Position numbers and translations under genes: made by a program
The notes under the pieces: generated by a model
Databases searched by the model: none
What the model saw: the letters and a program-made list of their open reading frames with translations, nothing else
What the model was told of the DNA's origin: nothing
Shown here: in pieces, positions 12,200-26,312 of the stretch
Numbering within the stretch: position 1 is the first letter of the stretch
Layout of the letters: every line of letters starts with the position of its first letter
Assembly (NCBI GenBank): GCA_951406725.2
Contig: OX597814.1
Coordinates: 49,414,001-49,478,000, forward strand
Source: Octopus vulgaris
Lineage: Eukaryota
Length of the DNA stretch: 64,000 bases
Direction: 5' to 3'

Positions 12200-13150
12200 T
12201 CCTTAACACCACCTGCTGTATCTAACTTATCAAGTTTCTTGGTGACACCCAAATTACTGATGGCAGCTCATGGGTGGATGTTATCTATCTTGACTTTACT
12301 AAAGCCTTCAATTCTTTACCACATGAGCGACTCATAACTCTCTGCATTGGGAGTGAAAGATTATCTTTATAACTGGTTGAAGTCCTTTATTCTTGGTCGA
12401 AAAGAAGTAGTCACAGTTCTAGGACATCATTCTTCACCCTATGAGATCTGTGTAAAATTGGGATCTGATCTTGGGCCCTTACTGTTGGTTGCACATATTG
12501 ATGCCAACTTGAAGAATGTTACAGTGTTGAAATATGCAGATGATATTAAGCTGTACCTTGAGATAACAATAACAGATCATATATGCTATAGATCTTCCCT
12601 GTAATCAAACCTGGATACAATGCAGCAATGGATTGTGTCACCATGCACTTTAGAAAGAAAGACCCAGCTTTTACACACTCCCTCAACTACACCACTCTTA
12701 AGAAGTCTGTTGGTGAATGTGACCTGAGTATTATTGTAAGCTGTGACCTGCATTGGACAAGCCACATCTCTAAGATTGGGAGAAGGTTGAGGGTGTCTTA
12801 GCATTACTCAGTAAGACCTATGTCAACTGCTTTCCATTTATTTATTTAAAGCTGTATATGACTATGGTACATCCACATTTAGAATTTGCATCACCAGTCT
12901 GGAACCCTTATCTTGCTCAGCATATCAATCTCCTGGAAACTATTCAGAAATGTGCAACCAAGCGAATACCTGCCATCAAGCATCTACCATACTCTGAATA
13001 TCTTGCTCCAACAGACTTGGTAGACACCTACAAGATTATCCAGCATCTTTCCAACAACAACCTTGAGCACACTTTTGTTTTCTATATGTCTAACCCGTGT
13101 GGACATGCTTACAAAATCAAAGAACAACACAGCACTTTTGGAAACATTTT
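12200..13150 (+). mobile_element. CR1-group LINE RT fragment (decayed)
   Basis: VDVIYLDFTKAF, WLKSF, KYADDIKLY, HLEFASPVWNP and DLVDTYKII motifs, with stops and frameshifts. Confidence 0.85.
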
Positions 13151-14199
13151 TTCATCATTATCATCAACAACAAGCAATCTATTTGAGATCCCAGTATTTT
13201 TATTATCATTATTTTTTTTTCACTGCCTGCCAAAATACTTTTTGGTTGCTTTTATGTCTTTGAATACAGTATTGAATCCCTACTTGCACAGGAAGCAATT
13301 CACTTCTTATCTCATTGAGATTTTATACTTGCTGTTACTAAGTAGCACTGTGATGTTTGCTATGTTGATCTTTAAATCTTTCAAGCTTAGAATATTTTCT
13401 GCTGTTAACAACCAGGTCATTACACAGTTAACCTGTGATCTGGTAAGCAGACTTCTGATAAGACATACATCTATGACTATACCATGCCATCTCCTTTTCA
13501 GATTTAGGCTGATCTATGGTAGAAGAGGAAAACCAAGGAAACTATTCATCTGTGAGCTAGTGCTTATAATGGTTTGCTGAATAAATTATTGTCAATCAAT
13601 CGAATTAATTTCCTATAGATGTGGTGTGGGATGTTTGATACATTGACAGTGTGTCATATCATGACCTGTATAAATGTTAGATAAAATATATTAACTGACA
13701 CAGAATAAAGAGAAATAAAGATGAATCTTTCCAATGAAATAATTTAATTCAATTAAGTTGGTGACCTCAGCCTGGATGTTTAAATGAAACACAACATACA
13801 CATTATTATCTCTCCCTCTTCTTCATCATGCAGCGTATGGTGATTTGTTATTCAATCTCTTCACTAACAACCAACATGCTGCTACTTGTCACTCTAGTGT
13901 CTATTTTCATTTCTTATCTCTCTCATAGATGCCGTTTGGATAAGTTGATATTGCAGAAACAAGTAAAATACATTTGATTAGAATGTAACTCCTGTTTCTA
14001 AAGTGCAAACTGACAAAATATTCTGGAAAATATAAGGAAGAAAATTTGTTGAATGACTAATTCACATTAGGACACAAGTTAATGATATAATTAACTTATG
14101 AAGGGAAACTACTTCAGTTGAAAACAGTTAAATATCTTTAATGATACACTATAAAACTGTTGATTGAAAATAGATACTTTTCAGTATACTAACAGATTT

Positions 14200-14710
14200 A
14201 GAATTGGCAATGGGATGGCGAGAACCCTGTCTGGAGGTCCTCCCAAACAAGCATCATCGAGATACCAGACGTTGAAGTCTAGCTTGATGACCATCTTGGT
14301 GATGTCATCAATGCCCAGTGCAAACAGAGTGGGTCACCCTGTTGGACACCTGAGGTGGAGGTGATGATTTTGTCACCAAAAGAGAGATAGTTGGGCTCCC
14401 AATAAGCCTGCTATGCAAGGCAGTAGAGTTGTGGGACCTTCGGCATCATGGCTGATGGAGTTGAAGGCATTAAGGTCAAGTTTGAGGATCTGTAGCGTTC
14501 GAGACGTTTGGAGGGTTTGGACCACTAACTGCGAGATTCCTATCTTCACTGGCAATTCATCTTGCAGAGGTAACTGGTGAGGTTCATGAGGGCACTTGGC
14601 TGTTCCAGTACATCAGCCTCGCCATCACCTGCTGCAAGTGTGCTAGCGTGTCTCAATAGCCATTAGAAAGGTTTCCCAGCACCCCCAACGTTTCAACTCA
14701 AAATGGTGAA
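14200..14710 (-). mobile_element. CRE-clade-like non-LTR retrotransposon fragment
   Basis: Minus strand encodes LKLDLNAFNSIS, GVQQGDP and LFALGIDD...FNVWYLDDACLGG, plus a PF*VETLGVLG motif resembling the restriction-like endonuclease. Confidence 0.7.
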
Positions 14711-16019
14711 TTGTTTTGGGTTTTGTTTTTTCTTTCTCCCTTTTTATCTTTTTAATTTTTTCAACTCTGTTCTCTGTTTTGTCCAGTTTTCTAGTTTTAT
14801 TTTGTAAAACGGTGAAGGCAATAAAAGTTAATGTTATTAAACATGACAATTTGTTATACCACCACCTCCGCTCACATGAAACGCAAATTTAAGGGATAGA
14901 ATGTTGTGAGGAATATGACGATTAGGACAGTGTATTAAATAAATAGATGGGACAACAGAAGATGAGAAATCTTTGAAAAAATTGGAATTTCGACAAATTT
15001 AAGGACAGCGACAAACTGTTAACAGTTAGAAGTATAAAAATAAAAATCCAGAATCAGAAAAAGAATTAAAAATAAAATAAAACAAAATAATTAGGATAAA
15101 GGGATTTACAGCTGCAATATATATTTTTTCGTATATTAATATATTTGGTTTGCTTTTGAAGTGCAAAAATATTTTGGGGTTTTGTATTTAAATTTTCAAC
15201 TTCAGTGAACATCTTTTTAAAAAGTGAAACTAATGCCTTCGAATGCAAACAAAATATAGTAACACATTTCAATCGCAAATGAAATATATTGATTATACGA
15301 AAATGTGTACGTAACCCTTAACTGTTAGAATAGGTGTCATCAATAATCTGTTAGAATAGGTGTTATCAATAATCTGAAATGAACAAAAACAACTTGGCTC
15401 TTCTGAATAGCCGAAACGAATAAATAGATGCTTAAACTCGAGGTTATTACGGAGTATATAGATTACTGTATTCATTTCTTAATACCATCATTTAAATAAC
15501 AAGCATTGGTGGAAATAACCCATTTTTTATTGAGGGGAAAAAACAGTAACTCAGTTCGAAAAATAAACAGAAATACGATTGTTTATTTGAACGTCATAAA
15601 AATTTGTTCAAAAGAATGGTACGAGAGAGGGAACATTTGAGTTTTACATCTTTGAATTTTAGTGTAGCAGTTTATTTTCGAAGTTTATCTTGACTGTCAG
15701 ATGTCATTACATCTTGTAATATATATAGAACTCGCCTAACTCAAATTAAGATAGGTATGCATAACTATTCATAAATTTCTCCTCTGAAAGCTTTCAAATA
15801 AGTATTCGTATTTTAATTTAATTTTCGAAATTAGTTACTTTTTTGTAAATAGGAAATATGTTCAGCAGCGCTGCATTTATAATTAACTAAATGTTGGAGT
15901 TACTTAATGAAAACAATAATCTTTAACAATAACCTACATTGAAGTATCTACATATTCGTTTCGACCATTTATGAGAGCCAAGTTATTTTTGTACATTCTG
16001 TATTACTGCTCGTTTCATT

Positions 16020-16083
16020 TGATTAGACTTCTGACTACTTCAGTACATCTCATTATTTCACCTAACTTCATTACTATGTGAGT
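16020..16083 (+). other. Predicted non-coding exon 1 (3' part) and donor of gene B
   Basis: cttcagtacatctcattatttca...tat|GTGAGTatcattaatatatttta, GT at 16078. Confidence 0.65.
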
Positions 16084-17069
16084 ATCATTAATATATTTTA
16101 GATATTTCTCTTACCCAAAATTGTTCTTTTGTATTTACATTTTTATTTTATCTGCATTCCTGCGCTTTGTCAAAATCTGTTTTGTTTTATCCATCTTCTT
16201 CTCTAATTTCTCCCTTCGTAGTTAACCTAATTTTCAGTAATAATTTCACTCTTACTCTACGTTTTTATTCTGTTATTACATCAACGACGTTGTTTTTTAA
16301 CTGTCCACACATTTTCATAAACATACATCAAACGTATTATGTCACTACATTTCGTGTAAGAAATAAATCAGAGTGGTTTGTGTACTTTGCTTTATCAATT
16401 GTTGGCAGCAAAGATTCTGAGATTTAAAGAATGTTTTCAGCAGAAATGATTTCCAGTTTTAATGATTATTTTGATATTCTTTTAAGTTGGTGGAATTTTA
16501 AACAACGTATGCGCTATTTTCTATTTTATAGTGCGATTCGACCGGAAGTGAAATTTGGCAACAGTAGTTTAAAAAGTGAAAAAAAAAACAACTTTGAAAT
16601 GCATATAGTTTATGAGACATACAAATGCGTAATTTGCATCTCTGTCTCTCATCCATATACAAATATAAACAGTAGCTATAACACTTGTGTGTGTGTATAT
16701 ATATAAAGCCATTCTAACTGAACTTTTAATAAATATTCGTGTTGATTTGAGAGCATAGTTTTTATCGTGTGTATTTTGGTTTTAGAATAGATATCCTGCA
16801 TATTGTAAGAGGCCCTAAAACAGTATTGCAGAAATAAATCTACTCGGTGTAGATATGTACTTCTGTGAAAGATGACATATTTTTTACGCGTTTTAGTAAT
16901 CTTCTGCAAAGCTTCATATAGTTACTAGTTTTTTCTGAGGATTTTAATTCTAAAATCCACATTCATTTCTACTACATCTTTATATCGGTGTGTCTTTTCA
17001 CTAAATATATTCTGATTCTCTTTGGTTGTTTTAACGTTCTGTTTTTCTTCTGTCCAATAATCATGTAAC

Positions 17070-17487
17070 CCCTTCTTGTTTGTCTTGTATTTCAGGTTAT
17101 CAGACGATAATGAGAAAAGATACTTCATTGAAGAATATCAACGTAATTATCAACTCTACATGACTAAAAATAACTTTATCAAGCTAATGTCTGTCTGTTT
17201 TTACAAGTTGAATTAAAATGAAGTATTTGTTTGAATGCGATTATAGGCAAGAGTTGCCACATAAATGTTAACTGGAAGATTTACCCTGAAGCTTTAACTG
17301 TCTTATTTGAAAGGACTTTGATATCTGGATATATCTTAACTGAAACTAATTTAATGATCTTTAGCTGCTGATTATTAAGTACAAGATACCATCCTAATAA
17401 ATCAACTTGAAAGTCTTTCTGAAAGAACAAAATATCAGCTAACTTTAACTAAGTCCACCATACAGGAAAATATAGATTAAGAAAATT
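17070..17487 (+). other. Acceptor (AG 17094-17095) and 5' UTR of gene B
   Basis: ttcag|GTTATCAG, homologous to the other paralogs. Confidence 0.7.
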
Positions 17488-18822
17488 ATGGATGAGAAAA
17501 CAGAGTTTAAAAATGATGATTCTTCAAATCAGACACAGGAAAATACAGAAGTGAATTTGTATGCTTGTGATATATGCGAGAAGTTATTCACTACAAGTAA
17601 TTTATTATCTTCCCATAAATGTATTCACACAGGTAAAAAACAGTATCACTGTGATGTCTGTGGTAGGGCATTCTCTCAGAGTGGCAGTTTAAATTCCCAC
17701 AGGCGTACTCACACGGGAGAAAAACCATATCACTGTGATGTCTGTGGTAAAAATTTTACTCGGAAGGATAATTTAACTACCCACAGACGTATTCATACAG
17801 GGGAGAAGCCATACCATTGTAGTGAGTGCGGTAAAGCATTTTCTGAGCTTGGTAATTTAGTTTGCCATAAACGTATTCATACAGGAGAGAAACCATACCA
17901 CTGTGATGTCTGTGGTAAAGGATTTGCTGAACCTGGTAATTTAGTTACCCACAAACGTGTTCACACAGGAGAGAAACCATATCATTGTGATATCTGTGGT
18001 AAATCATATTCTGGACGTTCTAATTTATCTACCCACAAACGTATTCACACGGGAGTGAAGCCATACAAATGTGATATCTGTGATGAAACATTTTCTTCAA
18101 GAGGTCGTTTGTCTTGCCACATACGCATTCACACAGGAGAACGTCCATACCATTGTGATATCTGTGATAAAACATTCTCTCAAAGCGGTCATTTCTCTCG
18201 ACACAAACGTATTCATACAGGAGAGACCCCATATCACTGTGATATCTGTGGTAAAACATTCTCTGAAAGTGGTCATTTTTCTCGACACAAACGTATTCAC
18301 ACAGGAGAAAAACCATACCAATGCGATATCTGTAGTGAGACATTTTCTAGAAGTGATAATTTAACTCAACACAAACGTATTCACACAGACGAGAAACCAT
18401 ATCATTGTGATGTCTGTAGCAAAACATTCTCTGAGACTGGTAATTTAGCTTCCCACAAATGTATTCAAACAGGAAAGAAACCATACCACTGTGATACCTG
18501 TGGTAAAACATTTTCTCGAAGTGCTGACTTGTCTACCCACAAACGTATTCATACAGTAGAGAAAACATATGAATGTGATATCTGTGAGCAAACATTTTCT
18601 ACCATGGGTCTTTTATCATGCCACTTGCGTATCCACACAGGATTTAAGCCATACCACTGTGATATCTGTGATAAAACGTTCTCTCAAAGTGGTCATTTCT
18701 CTCGACACAAACGTATTCACACAGGAGAAAGGCCTTACCACTGTGATATATGTAGTGAAACATTTGCTAGAAGGGATAATTTAACTAAACACAAACGTAT
18801 CCACACAGAAGAGAAACCTTAG
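17488..18822 (+). CDS. C2H2 zinc-finger protein B (444 aa, 15 fingers, finger 11 lacks the second His)
   Basis: Intact ORF of tandem Kruppel-type fingers after an acidic leader. Confidence 0.95.
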   Translation: MDEKTEFKNDDSSNQTQENTEVNLYACDICEKLFTTSNLLSSHKCIHTGKKQYHCDVCGRAFSQSGSLNSHRRTHTGEKPYHCDVCGKNFTRKDNLTTHRRIHTGEKPYHCSECGKAFSELGNLVCHKRIHTGEKPYHCDVCGKGFAEPGNLVTHKRVHTGEKPYHCDICGKSYSGRSNLSTHKRIHTGVKPYKCDICDETFSSRGRLSCHIRIHTGERPYHCDICDKTFSQSGHFSRHKRIHTGETPYHCDICGKTFSESGHFSRHKRIHTGEKPYQCDICSETFSRSDNLTQHKRIHTDEKPYHCDVCSKTFSETGNLASHKCIQTGKKPYHCDTCGKTFSRSADLSTHKRIHTVEKTYECDICEQTFSTMGLLSCHLRIHTGFKPYHCDICDKTFSQSGHFSRHKRIHTGERPYHCDICSETFARRDNLTKHKRIHTEEKP

Positions 18823-21629
18823 CTATGGGATATCTGCTGTCAAATATTTTTTGTACAAATGGAAATTTGTTTTATGAATTGGATTTTACCAATGCAACAT
18901 CATCACTTTTTACTATTCATTATTCTATGCTGACAGTCTTTCTGATATCCTATTACACATATTCTTTGCACTGAGTATTTAGCTAACCAAACATTTCATT
19001 CTACTACAGTTTGCCTGCAGATCTAGAGCATCTGTAGTACAAGACCTCCTTTAGCATGCCAGAAGATTCCTACATCCTTGGTCAACCTTTCTTTGTATAC
19101 CATATTAAACTTCTGCCTGTGTCTTACTGTCATTTCCTAATTTGTGCAGGATGTTTTTACTTTTTGTTATAAAAGCATTATATAGAATAACAAATATAGT
19201 AATTTGTTTATAACTGAAAATATGTCTTCCAGTTATATCGTGAAAAATATATCACTTGTTCTGTCTTAACACAAACTATGTTATTTGAGCTAATATTACT
19301 TATACTAACTTTAATAAAAAAAAAATCTCACCTATTTTACTAGATTTTGTCATTTACCTCTATTGTATTCTTTTTTTCTGTATCTTTGGTATAATTGATG
19401 ATACAGTACATTATGGAATAAATCACTCTGCACTATCTAATTAACTGTGTATCTAACAGAGCAACACTAAATCTTGATGCTTTCTGTTATCCCTGATAGA
19501 CCTGCTATTTTTCTTACCTTCATTATTTTATTAGGCTTATTTCTAACACTGAGGCCAAACTTGACCGCTGGGCCATTTATTGATTCCACTTGGAGTAGTT
19601 TCTCATCATCCAACTCTTCTCTTTCAACTACCACACATAACACTTCCATTCCTCTTTCTTGTCACTGTTATTGAGAGTAAGTACACCAGTATCCTCTCCA
19701 TTGACATTCTGGCTTATATGAACAGATTAGGCATTTGGGCTATTTTTATAAATTAGTGAGGAGTATAAAAAATGTCTCTATGGCCTTTGAGGTTTCAGTC
19801 TTATATCTCACCAATAATTGGTAAGAATGATATGGTTCCTGTTGTAGTTCAATATTCGACAGAAATGCATGCATATGAGCAGAATTCCTCAAGGGTTGTA
19901 TTTCTGGAGGAGAAGACTAGCAAAGTGCAAGATGTAACTGGTAACTTTCCTCTAACCCCTCAAAATAGGTTGTTATATTTGTATTAGAAGAAGCAGAGAA
20001 GCAACTGCTCATTTATGTTGGTGAGTGAATCAGTGTTTAAGATGTGATCTAGGATGCTTGTGTGTGTACAGCAGCAGTACATCAGAGTGGCTTTTACTTG
20101 AGCTCTGTGTCGGTCCTAAAAAAAAAAGAGTCCTAATGTCTGTGATGCTATATAAGCAAGGTTGCTATGATTGATCATCAGAAATGATAGCACTTCTGAC
20201 TTATGTTTTTAGTTTTTCCTTGTTCATGATTAAATCAGAGATACTAAACTGTTCTTTTGATATGTATAATGACTCTACTTTGTGTCATTGAATGCAAATG
20301 GGCTATGTCCTATATAGCTGCAATCCTTAAGCTTCCAGACATTGAATCTCCAAATAGTAATTTATTTCCAAATTTTCCTTGACTCCAATATGAAACTATT
20401 AACCTTAACATATACTCCTCTCACTCTCTTGTAAGGACAAAATTAATCTCTACTTCATACTTACCCGACAAGCATGTTGACCAGATGGTTTTCTGAAATT
20501 TGTTGCAAGTGTTAAAATGTGTATCAGAGAAATCTAGGAATTTTAATTGTTCTTTATTTCTTGTGCCATTTTCATAACCTCTATATCACCTGTGTATCCT
20601 GATATGACCATTAAAATCACCTACTATAAAGATATCAGTTCTTCAGTATCTTTGACAAGAACCTTATAAAACCTGTCCTTTTACCTTGTGAGACAAAAGC
20701 AGAGATTGTAAATGTATCAGTGTTGTAAAAGATTTACTTGAAATATTCATATTATGTTATAGGTATATATATGTTCTTAGAAGAAATGATATATGTGATA
20801 TTTTCTTGAAATGTGAGCATTTACCAACATCCGTATTATACCACAAAATGATATTTAAATAAAGGTTTAACAGAATTCCAGTAGATAGCAATGTACCTGC
20901 CATAACTTTTGGACAAATTAATTCACGCAATTTGTGTAATCGTCACTAACTATGAGAAAATATAGAAAATGAAATCGCAAAATAAAATGTTGTCATTATT
21001 TTGGGTTTTGTAAAGTATTTTTTCATTTGTTTTAAACATTGTGTATTTATTGATGTTATATGGTCAGCAATAAAATTTGTTTAAAGAGAAGGATTTTAGT
21101 GGTTAAATTTGCTTCTATATTTTGCTGAAGAAAATATTTTTCATTAGTGTACATTGAGTATATATGTACAACTATAGTTTATTAAGGAGAGACTAATTTC
21201 ACATTCACAAGAAGTTATATATTTATCATCAGTGCAACAATGTTTGAAGTACATCTTTCTCAAATTTATCTTTACCAACCTTGACGCTTTAAGGTATGTT
21301 CCATTTGTTGATAAAGACTAAATATTGAATAATGTAAAATGATAATCTATGATGGCTACAACATAAAAGTTTAATGTGAGCTGGTGTCTTTTCATTAGAA
21401 ACTGGTAATTGATGTAAATGTCCTGTAGAATGGAAATGAATGTTGTAAAAACATGTTTCGTGGTTGTAAACTTGCTGACCATTAATATTTATATAAAATA
21501 AAAACTGATGAACTAAATGTCAATTAATATATAATTTACAATTGTAAAGGGGAAAAAATGCACAAAGTGAAACTAGATGAAGAATTGGACACAAAAGATC
21601 TGTGTTGTGTTGAAAAATATCTAGAAAAC

Positions 21630-22020
21630 AGCTGCTGTATGATAAGAAGTTTGTTTCCCAACCACATGGTTGGTTTAGTCCCACTGCATGGCACTTTCAC
21701 TTTAGGTAAATTTCTACTATACCTTGAGCTAACCAAAGCTTTGAGAGTGGATTTGATAGATGGAAACCAAAAGAAGACTGTCATTTATACATGTGTTACT
21801 GTCTCCTTGCCTTCACATTGCACGATAGTTATAGATGAGTGTCATTCTTATGGAAACAGTGTCCTTCATTACCAAACTTTTCTGAAGATATGTGGTCATG
21901 GGCAAATATTACCTTGGAAACACTTAAGGGTTGACAACAGGAAGGGCATCCAACTGTGGAAAATGTGACCCATGCAGGTATGCAAAGATGTGTTAAAATG
22001 ATGATAATTGTGGTCATCAA
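21630..22020 (+). mobile_element. SINE family 3 with RTE-type tail (old copy)
   Basis: Head homologous to 26313-26707; ends AGGAAGGGCATCC...atgatgataa like the RTE 3' ends. Confidence 0.7.
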
Positions 22021-22199
22021 AATATATTATTAATGAAAATAATCACTGAAATAATTGGAAGTGTGGCTGCACAGAAAGATGTAACAAGCAAAGCATAAAG
22101 TATCAATATATTTGTTAATGGTGAGTAAATCTTTAATATTTACATTTAAAAAATTATTGCAGACCATAACATCTATAAATTTACTTGCAATTACATAAA

Positions 22200-23450
22200 A
22201 AATAGCCAATATCAAAGAAGAGCACTTCCAGACCTTGCAATTTCTTGAATGGACCACAAAGATTCATCCTCTTCTATCTATGTCAGCTTTATCTCCTCAT
22301 ACCACCACAAATCATACAGACAATTGATTTACAGATAGTATCATACATTCTACCACTATTCTCTAGAAACTGCTACACAGGAACTCTAGTCCTACATTAA
22401 TTACCTGGCTCCAAAACAAAAAGAACTAATACCCATCAAATCTATTGTCATCTGATGAGCCAAGTGAGTCTCTACTTAATCAACCTGCACAGAAACCAAA
22501 TTTTCCTCAAATAATACCCTATCATCTTATAATAGGACACATTGGATAATGTGATCCTGGGCTCCCTATACCTAGGGAAAAAGACCAGATGGTTACAACT
22601 GGAATACCTTTGATGAAATCTCTGCTCAATCGGGATTGACACCAGGTTAAACAACAGTAATTCATTCCCTTCTTTCAGTCAACACTAGAAAAGTAAAAGT
22701 TATATACAATACCTCCACTACATTCCCAGCATACATCAAAGACAGTAGATAAAGCAACTACAGAGGTCATATTTGTCCAATAGAAACAAATGACAATCAT
22801 GATGTATGAACAATGCATTAAACCCATCAAGAACTATGCTAGTCTTGCTTGGGAGCCAATCTCTCTACAATAAATACAACAGATGCGTGAACTACATATA
22901 ATTGTACATAATTCACATAGGCAATGAAGCAAAAATACTAAAATTGAAAGATCCCTGGATATGTGAGGAGTACAGTTACCACATCTACTTTAAGTCTCCC
23001 AATCTACACCTCTGCATGAAAATACCACCAGTATTGTCCAAACACCATTAATATCAGATTCAGAATTCATCCAAAGCTAGGACCATATGCCATACACCCT
23101 CTACACAATTCAGGCTCATAACAAATAAATTCACTGCAACATAAATTTCTTTTCCTCAACAGGCCCCGCTCTATTTAAGAAATCAAAGAAAAACATCGCG
23201 TCAATTTCAAATGAAACCTGAACAAATCTCTTCAAGGGACACCACACTACACCCGCCACTTATACCTGGATATATCTCAGTCAACAACAGCTCCCTACTT
23301 GAATGAGCCATGATATCACAAAACTGAACTTAAAAATAACTTTACAGATCCTATCAGGTGATGCTATTAAGTTAGACATAGCCTGGGTCCGTATTTAGCC
23401 AAAACATATCTAAATTATATAAGTTAAACAACTTTCAAACAGCCAGACAT
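22200..23450 (+). mobile_element. Highly decayed LINE RT remnant
   Basis: Around 22805-22860 reads MYEQCIKPIKNYASLAWEP, similar to the RT C-terminal IRPxLxYASxxW motif; boundaries approximate. Confidence 0.4.
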
Positions 23451-24719
23451 ACAACACACCAGATCACTACAAAAATATCTTCATTACTCAACTTAAGATA
23501 AGCACAATATAATACCTGTAACAATAATAGCTTCATTGGCCTCATACATAATGCTGGAATGCACACTATCAACAATAAGTGTTGGAGAACTTGCTTCTTT
23601 ATTAAGTGCATCTTGGCAGTCTTTGTTGTGGACGCAATCAGAATCTATAGGCATAGAAATGAGCTGGACATTTGAAGAATACAAGTTTGAACTGTCATAC
23701 TGCACCTCGTATAATTCAGTACTACATATCAGATCATGCAGTATGCTTTTTGGTAACTAGTGACATGATATAACTGTCACTTGTTATTGTTCAGTTGACT
23801 ACATGTGTTTCATGAGGTTACTTTATTGTCAATGGTGTTAACTATAATCAAAGGTGTTCTTTCTCATCTTAGTGAAATTTTCAAGCAATTTCACTAACAG
23901 GCTAAGCAATCATATTGAGGTTACTTTGGTGGAACAGCATATTTATGCATGAGTTCTGGCAGCAGATAATCATGATGTTACATTCAAAAGAGGTTATTGA
24001 ATACATGGGATGGAGATGACAGTCCTACGTGTTCAGGATGAAAGCAATAAGTAATGTGATTAACAAATCAATGGAATCAAGATAATAACATGTACATCTC
24101 TTTCATTAAATCATAAAATATTCAGAATGTTTATAGCTCTCCTGTGACACAATACAAATATAAAATTCAGAAATATAATTGTAACATTAATAAAAGCTTT
24201 TTCAATGTGACTGATATTTCACCAGAATCTATCTATAACACTCATGTTACTTTTCTATATTAAAGTGACAGTTGTATTATAATAAAAATGATATTAATGG
24301 AAAATTTGTCTTATCAATAGCCTTAGCTTGAGAGAAAACAAGATAGCTGGAAATAGAGATTTAAGGATTCATGAATCAAACTATACTCACAATTTGGGTT
24401 TGGCTTTCAATATCATGAGGTGAGTCTTCAACACTTATACCATTTCTTTCTAGCATCAAAAAATCCACTGCTTCAAGGCTGATGTCTTGTGGTCATAAAT
24501 CATTGCAGTTTGTATACAAGCATCATACAGTCTAAGCTCCCCTCTGAAAATCTGTTACCAGCAAAGCTTCCTGAACTTCTTCCAGCTCATTCTTACTCCG
24601 GTAAGACCCACCCATCACTGCTAAGTACTTGTAGGTGTACAGTGTATCTTTATTTGACTGTCTGTGATCCTACTTCACCCCTTTTGCATCCATAGTTTAT
24701 ACAAAGTACACTGCATGGA

Positions 24720-25700
24720 ATGTCTACCTATATTTCTTCTGCATATCAAACATGACCATTTCCCTGATTCTAGCAGTGTCCTGTATTCTTTCTTATCAAA
24801 ACTTTAATCTTTGTTAAATTCATTTCATGCCCCTCAATTTCAGATTTTGCTCAATGCCTGGAATTTTTTGCTGCTCTCTTTTATCCAGTCTTTTATGGCT
24901 CTGCTTGCATCACTATGACACCATGTATCAGCCACAAATCTAGCCAGTATCCCTCAGTGGATTGTTTTATAGAAATTTCCAGTTAATCACTATCCTTCCT
25001 ACATCTGTCATAAGTATCCATTACAATGTCTCTGAATCTGTGACCAACTAAATGTCTTTTTCAGCTTTTGTATCTTCCTTCTCCTAATAGCCTTTTTCCT
25101 CCATGTCTGTCTAGTTCTCACACAGATCTTGCTAATCTATGTTGAATGGAACATTCTTCACTGGGGAAAGGCTTAGTATTAACATCTGCCTATTTTGTCT
25201 CCTGGAGGAGATAAAATCTTTCTGGCCAGTGAGTTCATGTAATTGGTAAGTGATCAAGTGGCTGGCTGGTTTTCTGAAGTTTGTATAGGAGATAGATTAT
25301 CAACTATCTCCAGAATCCTTGATCCTTCATTTCTTGTACTATACCCACCTATAACTTCTATGTATACCAAAGAACCATCATGGGGTTGCCTAACATGTCC
25401 ATTAAAATCAGCAGCTATGATAATGATGGCACTATCATTTGTTGTTGAGGTAGTCACCATAAAATTTATTCATACACCAATCCTGTTTGTGACACATATA
25501 CAACAATAACTGTCATAGTTGTTTTGTCTATGATTAAATTAATTATTCTGGAGGTGTATTCTATCTGAATTTCTGATATAATGAACTATCATTATTACAT
25601 GCAGACACTTGAATTTGTGTCACATTCAAAATGTTTCAGTTTTTGTACATTCCAGTTCATGCCTCTATGTCTCTTAGTCTTTGAAATGCTGTAGGTGCTA
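24720..25700 (-). mobile_element. Old RTE endonuclease remnant
   Basis: ORF 25254-25460 IIIAADFNGHV...GGYSTRNEGSRILE aligns with 42122-42490; boundaries approximate. Confidence 0.65.
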
Positions 25701-25999
25701 ATGAGGTCTATCTTTATGTATTTCTGATTTATTTGGTACAATACTGTCAAGAATTACAGATTCTATAGGCCACAAAAATAAATTTGAAGTGCAAGATTTT
25801 GTTATGTACAAGGAACTTATCATATGGGGATAGAATGTATGTGTATAGGATGGTCTCTTCCATTATTTTCATGTATGAGTATCTGGTTGTCCAATCAAAT
25901 GGGTAATTTACTTGTAGAATTAACAAGTAGATAAGTATTCCAGACACATGTCCTCCTCATAATTCACACGTGGAATCAATGTGACACTTTGTGATAAAG

Positions 26000-26150
26000 C
26001 TGGACTTTTGAATTATAAGTATAATCCATCCAAAAGGCTTCTACAGACTCCATCAAAAAAATTGATTCACAAGGCTTGGGTCAATCCTAGGCTATAATAA
26101 AGGTACTTGTGCAACATGCCATGCAGTAAGCTAGAACTCAGGACCTCATG
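26000..26150 (-). mobile_element. SINE family 3 fragment
   Basis: Reverse complement of the 26313-26460 head. Confidence 0.55.
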
Positions 26151-26312
26151 GTTTTGTGTGAATGCATGTATTTGCTTGATTTTTAAACAACTACTCAATA
26201 CTGATGTAGAATGTAAGTATTTGTTTATAGCACTGAGGAAACTTTGTTGCTGGTTTTCATACATATCTTTAGTCTTGTCCAATGGAACAAAAATGTTCTT
26301 AGAATTTTTAAG

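Noticed and set aside
12858-13580. 240-aa ORF as a host gene
   Set aside because: The first part is a decayed LINE C-terminus that runs on into low-complexity non-coding sequence
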